From positions 41,724 to 105,723 of the forward strand of contig CAVYWD010000010.1 of assembly GCA_963772225.1 (NCBI GenBank): DNA of 64,000 bases. Reading direction: 5' to 3'. This document shows positions 33,428 through 43,216 of this stretch, piece by piece. The DNA is from an uncultured delta proteobacterium (GTDB taxonomy: Bacteria; Myxococcota; Myxococcia; Myxococcales; UBA5297). The position numbers and the translations under genes were made by a program. The notes below the pieces were generated by a model. That model was not told where the DNA came from. It did not search any database and worked only from the letters and a program-made list of their open reading frames with translations. Every line of letters begins with the position of its first letter. Positions within the stretch are counted from its first letter, which is position 1.

Positions 33428-34279
33428 ATGGATACGATTCGAACGGAAATCCGGCCGGCCGTATCTTCGCGCCCGAGTTGGGTGCTGGCGGCCATTCTTC
33501 TTTTGGCGTCGGGCACCGCATCTGCCACTGAGCAGGGAGTGGAGCTCACGGAGCCGAGCGGCAAGGACGAGGCGCGGGTCACCGCCGAGCAGCGCCCCTT
33601 CGCCTTCCTGACGGACCCCTCGACGCCGAGCGCCGGCGTGTTCACCGCGAGCTATCGCTTCGGGCTGGGTTCGGGGATCTCGGCGGATCGCCCCATTCCG
33701 GTCGTCCTCCAGAACCAAGGGGTGAGCAACACCTTGGCTCTGGGCTACGGCATCACCGGCGCGCTCGAGGCGATGGCGAACGTGAGCATCCATCCTGGCG
33801 CGGCGACCAACTCCCTCGTCGGCGACGGCGTCGTGGGCGTGAAGCTTCAGCTCACGCACCCCGATTCGCGCTGGCGGGCCGCCGTCCTCGCGGGCGCGCT
33901 GCGCGAGGGGGAGTCCCGGAGCTTCGGCGCGTGGGCGCAGGCGACCGGAAGCTTCAGCGCCGGGCCGGTCCTCCTCGAGGCGAACGCCTACCTCGAGCAC
34001 GTGTTCGCGCAGAACCGCGATGCGCTGGACTACCTCGGGATGCTCGGCGCGTCGTATCGCGTTCTCGACGGGCTTCGCGTGGGCGCCGAGTTCGTGGGCC
34101 AAGACCTGGAAGAGATCGCCGACCCGGGCGCCGAGGGCGGCGCGCGCATGGGAGTCGGCCCGGACGTCGCCGTCGACCTCTACCGCGGCCGCATTCAGCT
34201 CGTGGTCGCCGCGCTGTTCGGCCTGAATTCCGTATCGCCGGGCGCCATGGCGCGCGTGGGAATCCTCGGCAGCTTCTAG
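33428..34279 (+). CDS. Outer-membrane beta-barrel protein
   Basis: 283 aa. It has a signal peptide (LLLASGTASA), alternating-hydrophobic strands and a C-terminal ...VGILGSF aromatic end. Confidence 0.65.
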   Translation: MDTIRTEIRPAVSSRPSWVLAAILLLASGTASATEQGVELTEPSGKDEARVTAEQRPFAFLTDPSTPSAGVFTASYRFGLGSGISADRPIPVVLQNQGVSNTLALGYGITGALEAMANVSIHPGAATNSLVGDGVVGVKLQLTHPDSRWRAAVLAGALREGESRSFGAWAQATGSFSAGPVLLEANAYLEHVFAQNRDALDYLGMLGASYRVLDGLRVGAEFVGQDLEEIADPGAEGGARMGVGPDVAVDLYRGRIQLVVAALFGLNSVSPGAMARVGILGSF

Positions 34280-34325
34280 CGAGAGCCAGTTACGAAATGG
34301 TCTCCTCGCCACTCGAGCGACATCT

Positions 34326-34374
34326 CCTCCTTCGCCCCCTCCCCGCGAGCGGGGAGGGGGTTGGGGGGGTGAGG
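34326..34374. repeat. GC-rich palindromic REP-like element (opposite orientation to the 19237 copy)
   Basis: The sequence is cctccttcgccccctccccgc ga gcggggagggggttgggggggtgagg. It starts 47 bp downstream of the OMP stop. Confidence 0.85.
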
Positions 34375-34730
34375 AACCCGAGCGACAGGCGCCGACTTTC
34401 GTCACAGGCTCTAGCGAGGCTGCGCCTCAGACCGACGAGGCATGTTGGAGAAGGTGCGGCACCGCCTCGCGTCGATGGTCGATGGTCGGTGGCAGGCCTG
34501 ACGGGCCTCGCGAGGCGGTCGGCGCGGAAGGAGCGCCGCCGCTCGACGCAGGGAGGGGCGAGCGAGCCAACCACGCTCGCAATGGCCAACTGCGCCGAGG
34601 TCAAGGGAAAAGGAGCCGGGCACGATTCGTCGCCGTGAGCCGCGCATTCGTCGAGGCCTGGGCGGAGGACTCTGCTATCCTCCGAAGACCGACCGACCGG
34701 CAAACGAATCGAAGGGCGACGCGAAGCGAG

Positions 34731-36683
34731 ATGGCCGAGGAACCCCGCCAATTCTGGGTCCGCAGCGACAAGGGCAAGGTTTGGGGCCCGCTCACCTACG
34801 CCACCCTCGAGCTCCTCGTCGCCAACGGGCTCATCGACGGCAAGCTGCAGGCGAGCCGCGACGGTATCCGCTTCGCCTTCCCGGGCCAGTTTCCCGAGCT
34901 GCGCGACGCCTTTCCGCGCGAGCTCTGGGGCGTCTACGACGAGCTGCCTGAGAGCGGCCCTTCGGGTGGCGTGCTGGCGCCGGCCGCGCGGCCGCCCGCG
35001 AGCGCGCGCCCGGTGCCGCCGTCGTCCGGACCGCCTCCCGTGCTTCGGAGCGAGCCCGCGGCGCCGGCGCCGCCCCCCAGGGTCGAGACTCCCCGGCGCG
35101 CCGCGGCCGGCGACCTCGCGGCGCACTCGCCGCTCTCCCTTTATTATCGGCTGGCTGCCGAGGGCTTCACCGGGCGGCTGGCGCTCACTTCGGGCTCCTC
35201 CGGCTACGAAATCTTCTTCAAGAAGGGCGCCCCCGAGGCGGTTCGGCCGTCGCGCGCCGAGGAAGACCTGGGCACGTTCCTGGTCGAGCGCGGCGGGCTC
35301 GCGCCGAAGGCGCTGGAGGACGCGCGGCGCGCGGCCCAGAGCAAGGGCGGCGACGTGGTGGCCGGGCTGTTCGCGCTGCAGCTCATCAACCCGGCGCAGG
35401 CGTTCACGGCCATCGGCGAGCACGCGGTGGGACTGTTGCGCCGTGCGCTGGCGCTGAAGGCGGGGAGCTATGCCTTCGAGGAAGGCACCCCCCTCCCGAG
35501 CATCGCCATGCCGTTGGGCGATCGCTGGGCCCTCGCCTGCGACGCGGTGCGCGCGCTCCCCGCAGTGGAGATCAAGTCCCGCCTCGGCGAGCGCTTCGAC
35601 CTGCCCATCATGAGGAGCGGCGGGCGCATCGAGCTCGGCCAGCTCCGGCTGACGCCGCAGGAGGCGCGCGCGGCCTCCGCCTTCGACGGCGTGCGCTCGG
35701 TTGCCGCCCTCGTCGCGCGGATGCCGGCCGAGGCGGACGCGCTCACCCGGACGGCGCTCCTGATGGCGAGCTTCGAGCTGGTCTCCTTCGCCGCCGAGAG
35801 GCCCGAGCCGTCCGGGGCCGCCCAAGCTCGCCCACCCGAGCCGGCGCCGAAGGCCGCCGCTCCACCGCCTGGCCCCGCGCGCCCGGCGCCCGCCGCCGCG
35901 CCGCGCGCCGCCGCGCCGCCCGTCTTTGCGCCGCGCCCTCCGCCCGTCGCCTCGAAACCCGCGCCAGCCGCCAGCGCCCCCGCCGCGGACATGGCCGCGG
36001 CCGCCGTCGACCTCGACAAGCTGCGCGCGCTCGCGGGCTCGCTCAGGTCCAGGAACCACTTCGACGTGCTGGGTCTGCCGAAGGAGGCGCTCGGGTCGCA
36101 GGTCAAGCAGGCCTATTTCGCGCTCGCGAAGCTCTACCACCCAGACACGATTTTGGCCGGCGGGCCGCCCGAGGTCGCCCGGCTCAAGTCCGAGGTCTTC
36201 ACCGTCATTGGCGAGGCTTACCGCGTGCTCGGGGACGACAAGGCGCGCGCGGCCTATCTCGAGGAACTGAAGGCGGGCGGCGGCAGCCAGGAGCAGCTCG
36301 ACGCGGCCGCCATCTTCGCGGCCGAGGAGGCTTTTCAGAAGGGTTGCGTCCTCGTCAAGGCGCGCAAATACGCCGACGCGGTGGCCATGCTCGAGGAGGC
36401 GGTGCGCCTCAACGAGAAGGAGGGCGAGTTCTGGGCGTGGCGGGGTTGGGCGGCCTTTCTCGCCTCCAAGGACAAGGTGATGGCGCGGGCGGCCGCTCTC
36501 AAAGACGTCGATTTGGCGCTCAAGCTCAATCCCAAATGCGCCCAGGCCTGCTACCTCGCCGGGCAAATTCTCAAGCTCACGGGCGATGCGGCCGGTGCGC
36601 TCAAATGGTTCAAGAAGACGCTGACGGTCGACCCGAAGCACATCGACGCCCAGCGAGAGGTTCGCTTGGCCGGCGGCCGATAG
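34731..36683 (+). CDS. J-domain protein with GYF_2-like and DUF4388-like N-terminal modules and C-terminal TPR
   Basis: The start is MAEEPRQFWVRSDKGKVWGPLTY (GYF-like). A DUF4388-like segment follows (LYYRLAAEGFTGRLAL). The J domain is HFDVLGLPKEA...LAKLYHPDT, and the TPR tail has LKLNPKCAQACYLAG. Confidence 0.85.
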   Translation: MAEEPRQFWVRSDKGKVWGPLTYATLELLVANGLIDGKLQASRDGIRFAFPGQFPELRDAFPRELWGVYDELPESGPSGGVLAPAARPPASARPVPPSSGPPPVLRSEPAAPAPPPRVETPRRAAAGDLAAHSPLSLYYRLAAEGFTGRLALTSGSSGYEIFFKKGAPEAVRPSRAEEDLGTFLVERGGLAPKALEDARRAAQSKGGDVVAGLFALQLINPAQAFTAIGEHAVGLLRRALALKAGSYAFEEGTPLPSIAMPLGDRWALACDAVRALPAVEIKSRLGERFDLPIMRSGGRIELGQLRLTPQEARAASAFDGVRSVAALVARMPAEADALTRTALLMASFELVSFAAERPEPSGAAQARPPEPAPKAAAPPPGPARPAPAAAPRAAAPPVFAPRPPPVASKPAPAASAPAADMAAAAVDLDKLRALAGSLRSRNHFDVLGLPKEALGSQVKQAYFALAKLYHPDTILAGGPPEVARLKSEVFTVIGEAYRVLGDDKARAAYLEELKAGGGSQEQLDAAAIFAAEEAFQKGCVLVKARKYADAVAMLEEAVRLNEKEGEFWAWRGWAAFLASKDKVMARAAALKDVDLALKLNPKCAQACYLAGQILKLTGDAAGALKWFKKTLTVDPKHIDAQREVRLAGGR

Positions 36684-36717
36684 CGGGCCGTTTCCGGCTC
36701 TGAAGAAAGGCAGATTC

Positions 36718-37128
36718 GTGGCAGATTCGAAAGTGACTTTAAATGGTAAGCAGCGGAGGGCGCTGCGGGCGCTGGGGCACCACCTCGAGCCCGTGATCCT
36801 CGTGGGCAAGGAGGGCGTCAGCGAGGGGCTCATCGACGCAGCCGCGCACGCGCTGAGCGATCACGAGCTCATCAAGGTGAAGGTCGGCGAGGGGTCGCCG
36901 CTCGACCGGCGCGAGGCGGCCGAGGCGCTCTCCTTGGCCACCGAGTCCCAGGTGGCCCAGGTGCTGGGGCGCACGCTGCTCTTGTTCCGGCGAAACGAGG
37001 ACGCCCCGAAGCTCGACCTGCCGGGGATGCCCAAGCCCGCGCCCAAGGCCCAGCCCCCTGCGCCGAAGGTGACCCCCAAGCGGACCCACGGGGGCAGGGG
37101 GAAGAGGCCGGGGAGCCGGCGGGAGTAG
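36718..37128 (+). CDS. yhbY: YhbY-type CRM-domain RNA-binding protein (ribosome assembly)
   Basis: 136 aa with TLNGKQRRALRALGHHLEPVILVGKEGVSEG...ELIKVKV and a basic C-terminal tail. It has a GTG start. Confidence 0.8.
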   Translation: MADSKVTLNGKQRRALRALGHHLEPVILVGKEGVSEGLIDAAAHALSDHELIKVKVGEGSPLDRREAAEALSLATESQVAQVLGRTLLLFRRNEDAPKLDLPGMPKPAPKAQPPAPKVTPKRTHGGRGKRPGSRRE

Positions 37129-37138
37129 CGCCCATTCC

Positions 37139-37555
37139 TCAGCGCTGCAGCGCCGGCTGCCGGTCGGGGGCGAGGCTCGGCTCGGAGTCCTCGGGCAGCG
37201 GTCGCTCGCCCATGAAGGCCTTGGCCTGCTCGGACGTGGGGCCGTTCGCGATGGGAAAGCGGAAGCGGACGTCCAACACGGTGATCAGCATGAGGATGGC
37301 GACGAAGCTCAGGGCGACGGCGATGGCCAGCCGGCTCGCGCCCCGGTGATCCCACAGGTGCATGAAGAACAGCGCCACCAGGGAGGCCTTGACGAAGGCG
37401 ATGGCCACCGCGGCGACGAAGTTCCACGGCCCCAGCGAGATCCGTGAAATGCCGTAGCTCGCCGCCGCCAAGGCAATGAGCGCCACGAACACCGCGGCGT
37501 AGCGCAAAGGCGAGCTGTGCGAGGCCCGGTCGGGCGATTCGGCCGTCTCGCTCAC
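37139..37555 (-). CDS. Cytochrome c oxidase subunit IV (prokaryotic COX4 family)
   Basis: 138 aa with 3 TM helices (AAVFVALIALAAASYG; FVKASLVALFFMHLW; AVALSFVAILMLITV). It lies directly downstream of ctaE. Confidence 0.8.
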   Translation of the reverse strand: MSETAESPDRASHSSPLRYAAVFVALIALAAASYGISRISLGPWNFVAAVAIAFVKASLVALFFMHLWDHRGASRLAIAVALSFVAILMLITVLDVRFRFPIANGPTSEQAKAFMGERPLPEDSEPSLAPDRQPALQR

Positions 37556-37583
37556 GGGCTTTCTCGCGTTTTCATGCGGGCCT

Positions 37584-38225
37584 TCACAGCAAATAGAGGA
37601 GCGGCCAGAGGAAGATCCAGATCGTATCGACGAGGTGCCAATAGAGCCCGCCGAGCTCGACCGGCGTGTGGTACTCGGGCCCGAAGGCGCCTCGCCAGGT
37701 CAGGGTCGCGACGACGCCCAGCACGCCCAGGCCGGCGGTGACGTGGAGCGCGTGGAGCGCCGTGGCGATCCAATAGACCGACATGAAGACCGCCGCGCCC
37801 TGGGTGCGCACGGTGGGCTCTCGGAGCAACCGTCCCGGCAGGAGCCCCTCCAGGATGTCGGCGCGGTATTCGGCGGCCTTGAGCCCGAGGAAAGCGAAGC
37901 CCAGGAGCATCGCCAGGCCAATCATCGCGGCGCAGACGCGGGGGCGGCCCTGGCGGATGAAGTGGAGCGCGAGCGCGACGAAGAAGCTGCTGGTCAGCAG
38001 GATGAACGTGTTGGCAGTGCCGATGCCGAGCTTGAGGTGCCGGCTCGTCACCTCGAAGTCGTGAGAAAACTGCGCCCGATAGTTTCCGTAGGCGATGAAG
38101 AGCCCGCTGAAGAGGAGGATCTCCGTGGAGAGAAAGACCCACATTCCCAACCGCGCCGCGTGCTCTTGCTTGCGAGGCGATTCGAAGTGCTCTTGCAGAA
38201 ATGGTGGGTGCGCCTCCTCGCTCAT
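37584..38225 (-). CDS. ctaE: Cytochrome c oxidase subunit III
   Basis: 213 aa from MSEEAHPPFLQEHF with LGMWVFLSTEILLFSGLF...YWHLVDTIWIFLWPLLYL. There is a 4-bp overlap with the ctaD stop. Confidence 0.9.
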   Translation of the reverse strand: MSEEAHPPFLQEHFESPRKQEHAARLGMWVFLSTEILLFSGLFIAYGNYRAQFSHDFEVTSRHLKLGIGTANTFILLTSSFFVALALHFIRQGRPRVCAAMIGLAMLLGFAFLGLKAAEYRADILEGLLPGRLLREPTVRTQGAAVFMSVYWIATALHALHVTAGLGVLGVVATLTWRGAFGPEYHTPVELGGLYWHLVDTIWIFLWPLLYLL

Positions 38226-39859
38226 GAGCCCTCCGGAGCAACGGCGGGCGGGGGCTCCTCGAGCTGCTCGTAGTTGTGGGGCCCCGGCGAGAAGTCGGGG
38301 AGCGCCTCCCAATTGTGCTTGGGGGGCGGTGAGGCCGTGAGCCACTCGAAGCCCCGCGAGCCCCATGGGTTTTGCCCGGAGGGTTCCCCGGCGAACAGCG
38401 CGACCCCGAGGTCGATGGCGACGATGACGAGGCCGATGAACAGGAGCGAGGCGCCGGCGGTGGACGCGACGTGCAGGGTCTGAAAGCGCTCGGGGTACGT
38501 GTAATAGCGCCGCGGCATGCCGCCGTTGCCCAAAAGGAATTGCGGCAGGAAAGTGGCGATGAATCCGAAGGAGATGATGAAGGCGGCCACCATGGCCCAG
38601 CGCTCGTTGTAGAGCCGACCGAACATCTTCGGGAACCAATAATGCAACCCCATGAGGAAGGCCATGATGGTCACGCCCACCATGATGAAGTGGAAGTGCG
38701 CGACGACGAAATAGGTGTCGGTCCAGTGCACGTCCAGGGAGACGGTCGCCACGCCGATGCCCGTCATCCCGCCGAAGACCAGGAAGAAGAGGAAGCCGCA
38801 GATGTAGATGAACGGCGCGTTGATGGCGATGGAGCCCTTGTACAGCGTGCCGACCCAGTTGAAGACCTTGATGGCGGTGAAGATGCCCACGAACATCGAG
38901 AGCACGCCGAAGACGCCCGAGGCGAACGTCGATTGCCCCGAGACGAACATGTGGTGGCCCCAGGTGAAGAAGCCGACGAAGGCGATTCCCACCGAGGAGT
39001 AGGCGATGGCTTTGTAGTTGAACGGGCTCTTGCGCGAAAAGGCGCAGACGCACTCGCTCATCACCGCGAACGCGGGCAGCACCATGATGTAGACCGCCGG
39101 GTGGCTGTAGAACCAGAAGAGATGCTGGAACAGCACTGGGTCGCCGCCGGCCGACGGGTCGAAGAGGCCGAAGCCGAAGGCGCGCTCGACAGCCACCAGG
39201 AGCAGCACCAGCCCCAGGACCGGGGTCGCCAGGGTCTGGATGATGCTCGTGCCGTAGATGGACCAGACGAAGAGCGGCATCCGAAACCAGGTGATGCCCG
39301 GCGCTCTGAGGGTGTGCGTGGTGACGATGAAGTTCACCCCGGTGAGAATGGTGGAGAAGCCGATGACGAAGACGCCCAGGAGGATGGGCACGACCTCGGT
39401 CGCGGTGGTCGTCGAGTAGGGCGTGTAGAACGTCCAGCCGGTGTCGGCGCCGCCGTGGATCATTCCCCACAGGGCGATGACCGAGCCCAGGGCGTACAGG
39501 TACAGCGACAAGAGGTTCAGCCGCGGGAAGGCGACGTCCTTGGCCCCCAGCATCAACGGCAGCATGAAATTGCCGAAGATGGAAGGAATGGCCGGAATCA
39601 TGAAAATCCAGACCATGATGACGCCGTGGAGCGTGAAGAGTCGGTTGTAGTCGATGGCCGAGACCAGGGCCGGCCCGGGCACGAGCAGCTTGAGGCGCAG
39701 GAGCATCGCGAACATCCCGCCCAGGAAGAAGCCCGCCAGGATGAGCACGGCGTACATGAGCGCGATGCGCTTGTGGTCGCGCGTGAGGAGCCACGAGCGC
39801 ACGCCGCGGTCGGCGTTCAAGTACGTGACGGGCGGCGCTTCACCGCTTTCGGGGTTCAT
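38222..39859 (-). CDS. ctaD: Cytochrome c oxidase subunit I
   Basis: 545 aa. Canonical heme-copper motifs are present (WFYSHPAVYIMVLP, WGHHMF, VVAHFHFIMVG). Confidence 0.95.
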   Translation of the reverse strand: MNPESGEAPPVTYLNADRGVRSWLLTRDHKRIALMYAVLILAGFFLGGMFAMLLRLKLLVPGPALVSAIDYNRLFTLHGVIMVWIFMIPAIPSIFGNFMLPLMLGAKDVAFPRLNLLSLYLYALGSVIALWGMIHGGADTGWTFYTPYSTTTATEVVPILLGVFVIGFSTILTGVNFIVTTHTLRAPGITWFRMPLFVWSIYGTSIIQTLATPVLGLVLLLVAVERAFGFGLFDPSAGGDPVLFQHLFWFYSHPAVYIMVLPAFAVMSECVCAFSRKSPFNYKAIAYSSVGIAFVGFFTWGHHMFVSGQSTFASGVFGVLSMFVGIFTAIKVFNWVGTLYKGSIAINAPFIYICGFLFFLVFGGMTGIGVATVSLDVHWTDTYFVVAHFHFIMVGVTIMAFLMGLHYWFPKMFGRLYNERWAMVAAFIISFGFIATFLPQFLLGNGGMPRRYYTYPERFQTLHVASTAGASLLFIGLVIVAIDLGVALFAGEPSGQNPWGSRGFEWLTASPPPKHNWEALPDFSPGPHNYEQLEEPPPAVAPEGS

Positions 39860-40883
39860 AGACCGGTCCCTGCGCAGGAAGCGGCCGGAGCGCGCCGCTC
39901 TGCAGCGTTTTCATGAATTCGAGAATCGCCGCCGCCTCCGGCGCGGTGAGGATGCCCTGGAAGGTGGGCATCACGTCCTGATAGCCGAGGACGACCTTCG
40001 CGCCGGGGTCCATCATCGACTCGGTCAGGTAGGCCTCGTCGGCGAAGACCGTCCCGCCCCCCTCCAAATTCTCGGTGCGGTGGTACAGGTCGAGCCACGT
40101 CGGGCCGATGTGCGGCGCGCCGTCCAGGGTGTGGCAGGCCAGGCACCCGCGCCGCACGGCGGCGAGCCGGCCCTGCTCCACGAGCGTGATGGGATTAAGC
40201 GGCGCCCCGGCGTCCTGGCGCGCGATGAGCCCGCGGCGCTGGTCGGCCAGCCAGCGGTCGAATTCGTCCGCCTTGAGGACCACGACCTCGGCGCGCATCA
40301 TCGAATGGGAAAGGCCGCAGTATTCGGCGCAAAAGACCTCGTAGCGCCCGGGCTTCGTCGCTTGAAACCAGGTCTGGGTGTATCGGCCGGGCAGCGCATC
40401 TTGCTTGACGCGAAACGCGGGCACGAAGAAGGAGTGGATGACGTCACGGCTGGTCAACAGGGCGCGCACCGGGCGCCCAGCGGGGACCGTCAGCACCTCC
40501 ACGCTCGAGGGGCCGTTTGGGTAGCTGAACTTCCACATCCACTTCTTGGCCGTGACGTAGACGTCCATCGCGCCTTTGGGCGGGCTCTGCAAATAGACGT
40601 AGTCGTAAAAACCGATGGCGAACCAGAGCAGGAAGAGGCTCAGGGGGCCTCCGACGATGAGCGGCTCCAACCACCTCGGAGGGTCGTAGCGCCCGCCGCT
40701 CTCACGGCCCGGCCGCCGCCGATAGCGGACCATCCAGGTCAGCGCCGCGAGGGCGATGACGCTGGCCGAGGCCATGGTGACAGTGATGACGAAGAAATGG
40801 AGGCGATCGACCCGGAAGGCGAAGGTGGACGCCGCCTCCGGCAGGTAGAGGATGGCGCGCAGCCAGCGCTCGACGTCGCTCAT
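39840..40883 (-). CDS. ctaC: Cytochrome c oxidase subunit II with a fused cytochrome c domain (caa3 type)
   Basis: 347 aa. The CuA site is CAEYCGLSHSMM and the C-terminal heme c site is CLACH. There is a 20-nt overlap with the ctaD start. Confidence 0.9.
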   Translation of the reverse strand: MSDVERWLRAILYLPEAASTFAFRVDRLHFFVITVTMASASVIALAALTWMVRYRRRPGRESGGRYDPPRWLEPLIVGGPLSLFLLWFAIGFYDYVYLQSPPKGAMDVYVTAKKWMWKFSYPNGPSSVEVLTVPAGRPVRALLTSRDVIHSFFVPAFRVKQDALPGRYTQTWFQATKPGRYEVFCAEYCGLSHSMMRAEVVVLKADEFDRWLADQRRGLIARQDAGAPLNPITLVEQGRLAAVRRGCLACHTLDGAPHIGPTWLDLYHRTENLEGGGTVFADEAYLTESMMDPGAKVVLGYQDVMPTFQGILTAPEAAAILEFMKTLQSGALRPLPAQGPVYEPRKR

Positions 40884-41734
40884 GCCGCGGGTGCCCCCCG
40901 CCCGCGCCGCGCCTCGCGCCGAAAGAGGTGCGCGACGAGAGAGGCCAGCGAGCCGAGGACCAGCGCCCCGCCGGCCTTGAACCAGACCGAGAGGAAGAGG
41001 GCATAGCGCCGGGTCGCGGGGTTCCAACGAAAGCAGGTCAGGAGGACGCGATTGAGCGTTGCGCCCACCTTGCCGTCGCTCGCCTCGATGAGGGCGTACT
41101 TCAAGTCGCGGGGCGTGAATCGGATGCCGTAGAGGTAGCGGCTCACCCGGCCGTCGGGCGTCAGGACCATCGCGACCGCGAGGTGCGCCCATTGCCCGGT
41201 CTTCTCGTCGCGCCGATAGGAATACCCGACCGCGTTGGCGAGCGCCCGGATCGCCGCGCCCTCGCCCACCAGGAAGGACCAGCTCGCCGCGGCGTCCGGG
41301 CGCCCCAGCGCCTGCAAATAGTGGCCCTTCTTTTCCGCGGCGGCGGCAGGTGCCTCGCGCGAATCGAAGCTCAAGGTCAAAAGGTCGTAGTCGCGCCCGA
41401 GCGAAAGGCCCGTCTCCGAAAGCGCGCTTGTGAGCCCGCTCAGCTCCAAACCGCAGAGCATGGGGCATTCGAAATAGACCAACATGAGGATGGCCGGGCG
41501 CCCGCCGCGGCCGACACGGTCCTTCAGCCGAACGCTTTCGCCTCCCGAATCGGTGAAGACGAGGTCCAGCGGAATCGGGTCGCCCAGGTGCTCCACGACC
41601 TCCGCGCCCTGGACCGAAGCGGGCGCCGCCTCCGAAGCCTCGGGTCCGTCTGCCTCCGCGTTGAACGGCAGCGCGTTCGCCCGCGCCGGCGCGAGCGCGG
41701 CCAGGGTCGCCAAGGCGAAAAGGCGCGCGCTCAC
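40880..41734 (-). CDS. SCO1/SenC copper chaperone
   Basis: 284 aa. It has a signal peptide, a thioredoxin-fold CxxxC (YFECPMLCG) and a C-terminal TM. There is a 4-bp overlap with the ctaC start. Confidence 0.85.
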   Translation of the reverse strand: MSARLFALATLAALAPARANALPFNAEADGPEASEAAPASVQGAEVVEHLGDPIPLDLVFTDSGGESVRLKDRVGRGGRPAILMLVYFECPMLCGLELSGLTSALSETGLSLGRDYDLLTLSFDSREAPAAAAEKKGHYLQALGRPDAAASWSFLVGEGAAIRALANAVGYSYRRDEKTGQWAHLAVAMVLTPDGRVSRYLYGIRFTPRDLKYALIEASDGKVGATLNRVLLTCFRWNPATRRYALFLSVWFKAGGALVLGSLASLVAHLFRREARRGRGAPAA

Positions 41735-42102
41735 GGCCGCTGCCCCGCCAGATAGAGCTCCATCGCGCGATCGATGGGCACGTGGATCACGCCCCGCGGG
41801 CGATCGACCCAGCCGTAGGATTCAAGGCGCCGCTTTTGCGCAGCGTGCAGGGCGAGCCCGCCCGCGAAGGCGTCAAAGGGGATTTGAAAGACCGCGCCGA
41901 TCTCCGCCTGGCCGATTTCGCTCGGAATGGGCGGAGGACCGGTCGGCTGCCATCGCTTTTGGCCCACCCTCCAAAGCTCCGTGGCTCCGAGGGAGCCGAG
42001 CGTAAAGAGGACCATCGCGGCGAGCCCGATAAGGGTGATCCTCGTGGTCGGGATCAGATCCGGAAGCTGGCGAGGCTCGATTTCAGGGGCGGTGGCATTC
42101 AT
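41731..42102 (-). CDS. Single-TM membrane protein, first gene of the oxidase operon
   Basis: 123 aa with TM ITLIGLAAMVLFTLGSLGA. There is a 4-bp overlap with the SCO1 start. Confidence 0.6.
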   Translation of the reverse strand: MNATAPEIEPRQLPDLIPTTRITLIGLAAMVLFTLGSLGATELWRVGQKRWQPTGPPPIPSEIGQAEIGAVFQIPFDAFAGGLALHAAQKRRLESYGWVDRPRGVIHVPIDRAMELYLAGQRP

Positions 42103-42409
42103 GGGCGATGGGCCGGCAACTTGGCCACGGCTCGCGCAGGGTGTGAGCCGCCCGGTTGAGGGCCGTCAGGGCGGACCCTAACGGTGGAGCGCGCGCCGAG
42201 CGGCGAGGGGGGCGGTGGCCTGCAAAGAAGGGCGCGGGCGGCAGGGAAGGAAGGCGGCGGGGCAGTCCGCGGCCAGTCGAGCCCTCGGGGACCCGCGCCA
42301 CCGGGAGGCCGGGCGCGGACCTTCGAGCGCGTGGCGCTCTACGTCCCGAAGGGTCAGCTTTGAGGCTCGGGCAAGCACTGAGAATGCTCGAGCTCGGGAG
42401 GGGACGCCA

Positions 42410-43201
42410 ATGCCGACGCTTTCGACTTATCACGTCAAACGATACGGGTGGATTCGAGACCTGCCCGACCAGCGAGACCTCATGTACGCGGCGCCCATTC
42501 CGCCGCTCGCGCTTCCCACCAAGACCGATCTCCGCACCGAGATGCCGCAGGTCTACGACCAGGGCGACCTGGGGAGCTGCACGGCCAACGCCATCGGCGC
42601 GGCGGTGCAGGTCGCGCGGCGCAAGGAGAAGCGGCAGGACTTCATTCCTTCGCGCCTCGCCATCTACTACGACGAGCGCGTCATCGAGCGCACGGTCGAC
42701 CAGGACTCGGGCGCCCAGCTGCGCGACGGAATGAAGGTCGTGGCCCGGGTCGGCGTCTGCGCCGAGGCGAGCTCGCCGCCCGAGTCCTACGACTGGTCGT
42801 ACGATATCTCCAAGTTCAAGGACAAGCCGCCGGAGCCTTGCTACGACTTCGCAAAGGACAATCAGGTCATCGTCTATCGGCGCGTGCCGCAGCTCTTGTC
42901 GCAGATGAAGGGGTGCCTGGCCTCCGGCTATCCGTTCGTCTTCGGCTTCAGCGTCTACCAGAGCTTCGAATCGCCGGAGGTGGCGCGCACCGGGGACGCC
43001 AACCTCCCCGGGCCGAAGGAGGAGATGCTCGGCGGCCACGCTGTCCTGGCGGTGGGCTACGACGACGCCTCCCAGCGATTCCTGGTGCGAAACTCCTGGG
43101 GCTCGAGCTGGGGGCAGCAAGGCTACTTCACCTTGCCTTACGCCTATCTGAGCGAGCCGCACCTCTCGTCGGATTTCTGGACCGTGCGGCAGACGGAATG
43201 A
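42410..43201 (+). CDS. Papain-like (C1 family) cysteine peptidase
   Basis: 263 aa. The catalytic residues are QGDLGSCTANA (Gln/Cys), GGHAVLAVGYD (His) and NSWGSSWG (Asn/Trp). A purine-rich RBS lies upstream. I saw no signal peptide. Confidence 0.85.
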   Translation: MPTLSTYHVKRYGWIRDLPDQRDLMYAAPIPPLALPTKTDLRTEMPQVYDQGDLGSCTANAIGAAVQVARRKEKRQDFIPSRLAIYYDERVIERTVDQDSGAQLRDGMKVVARVGVCAEASSPPESYDWSYDISKFKDKPPEPCYDFAKDNQVIVYRRVPQLLSQMKGCLASGYPFVFGFSVYQSFESPEVARTGDANLPGPKEEMLGGHAVLAVGYDDASQRFLVRNSWGSSWGQQGYFTLPYAYLSEPHLSSDFWTVRQTE

Positions 43202-43216
43202 GCGGGTGCGCCGGGC

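Noticed and set aside
36709-36729. Direct repeat ggcagattcg spaced 11 nt apart, overlapping the yhbY GTG start.
   Set aside because: It is a tiny repeat and could be chance or a minor duplication. There is no evidence of a regulatory role.
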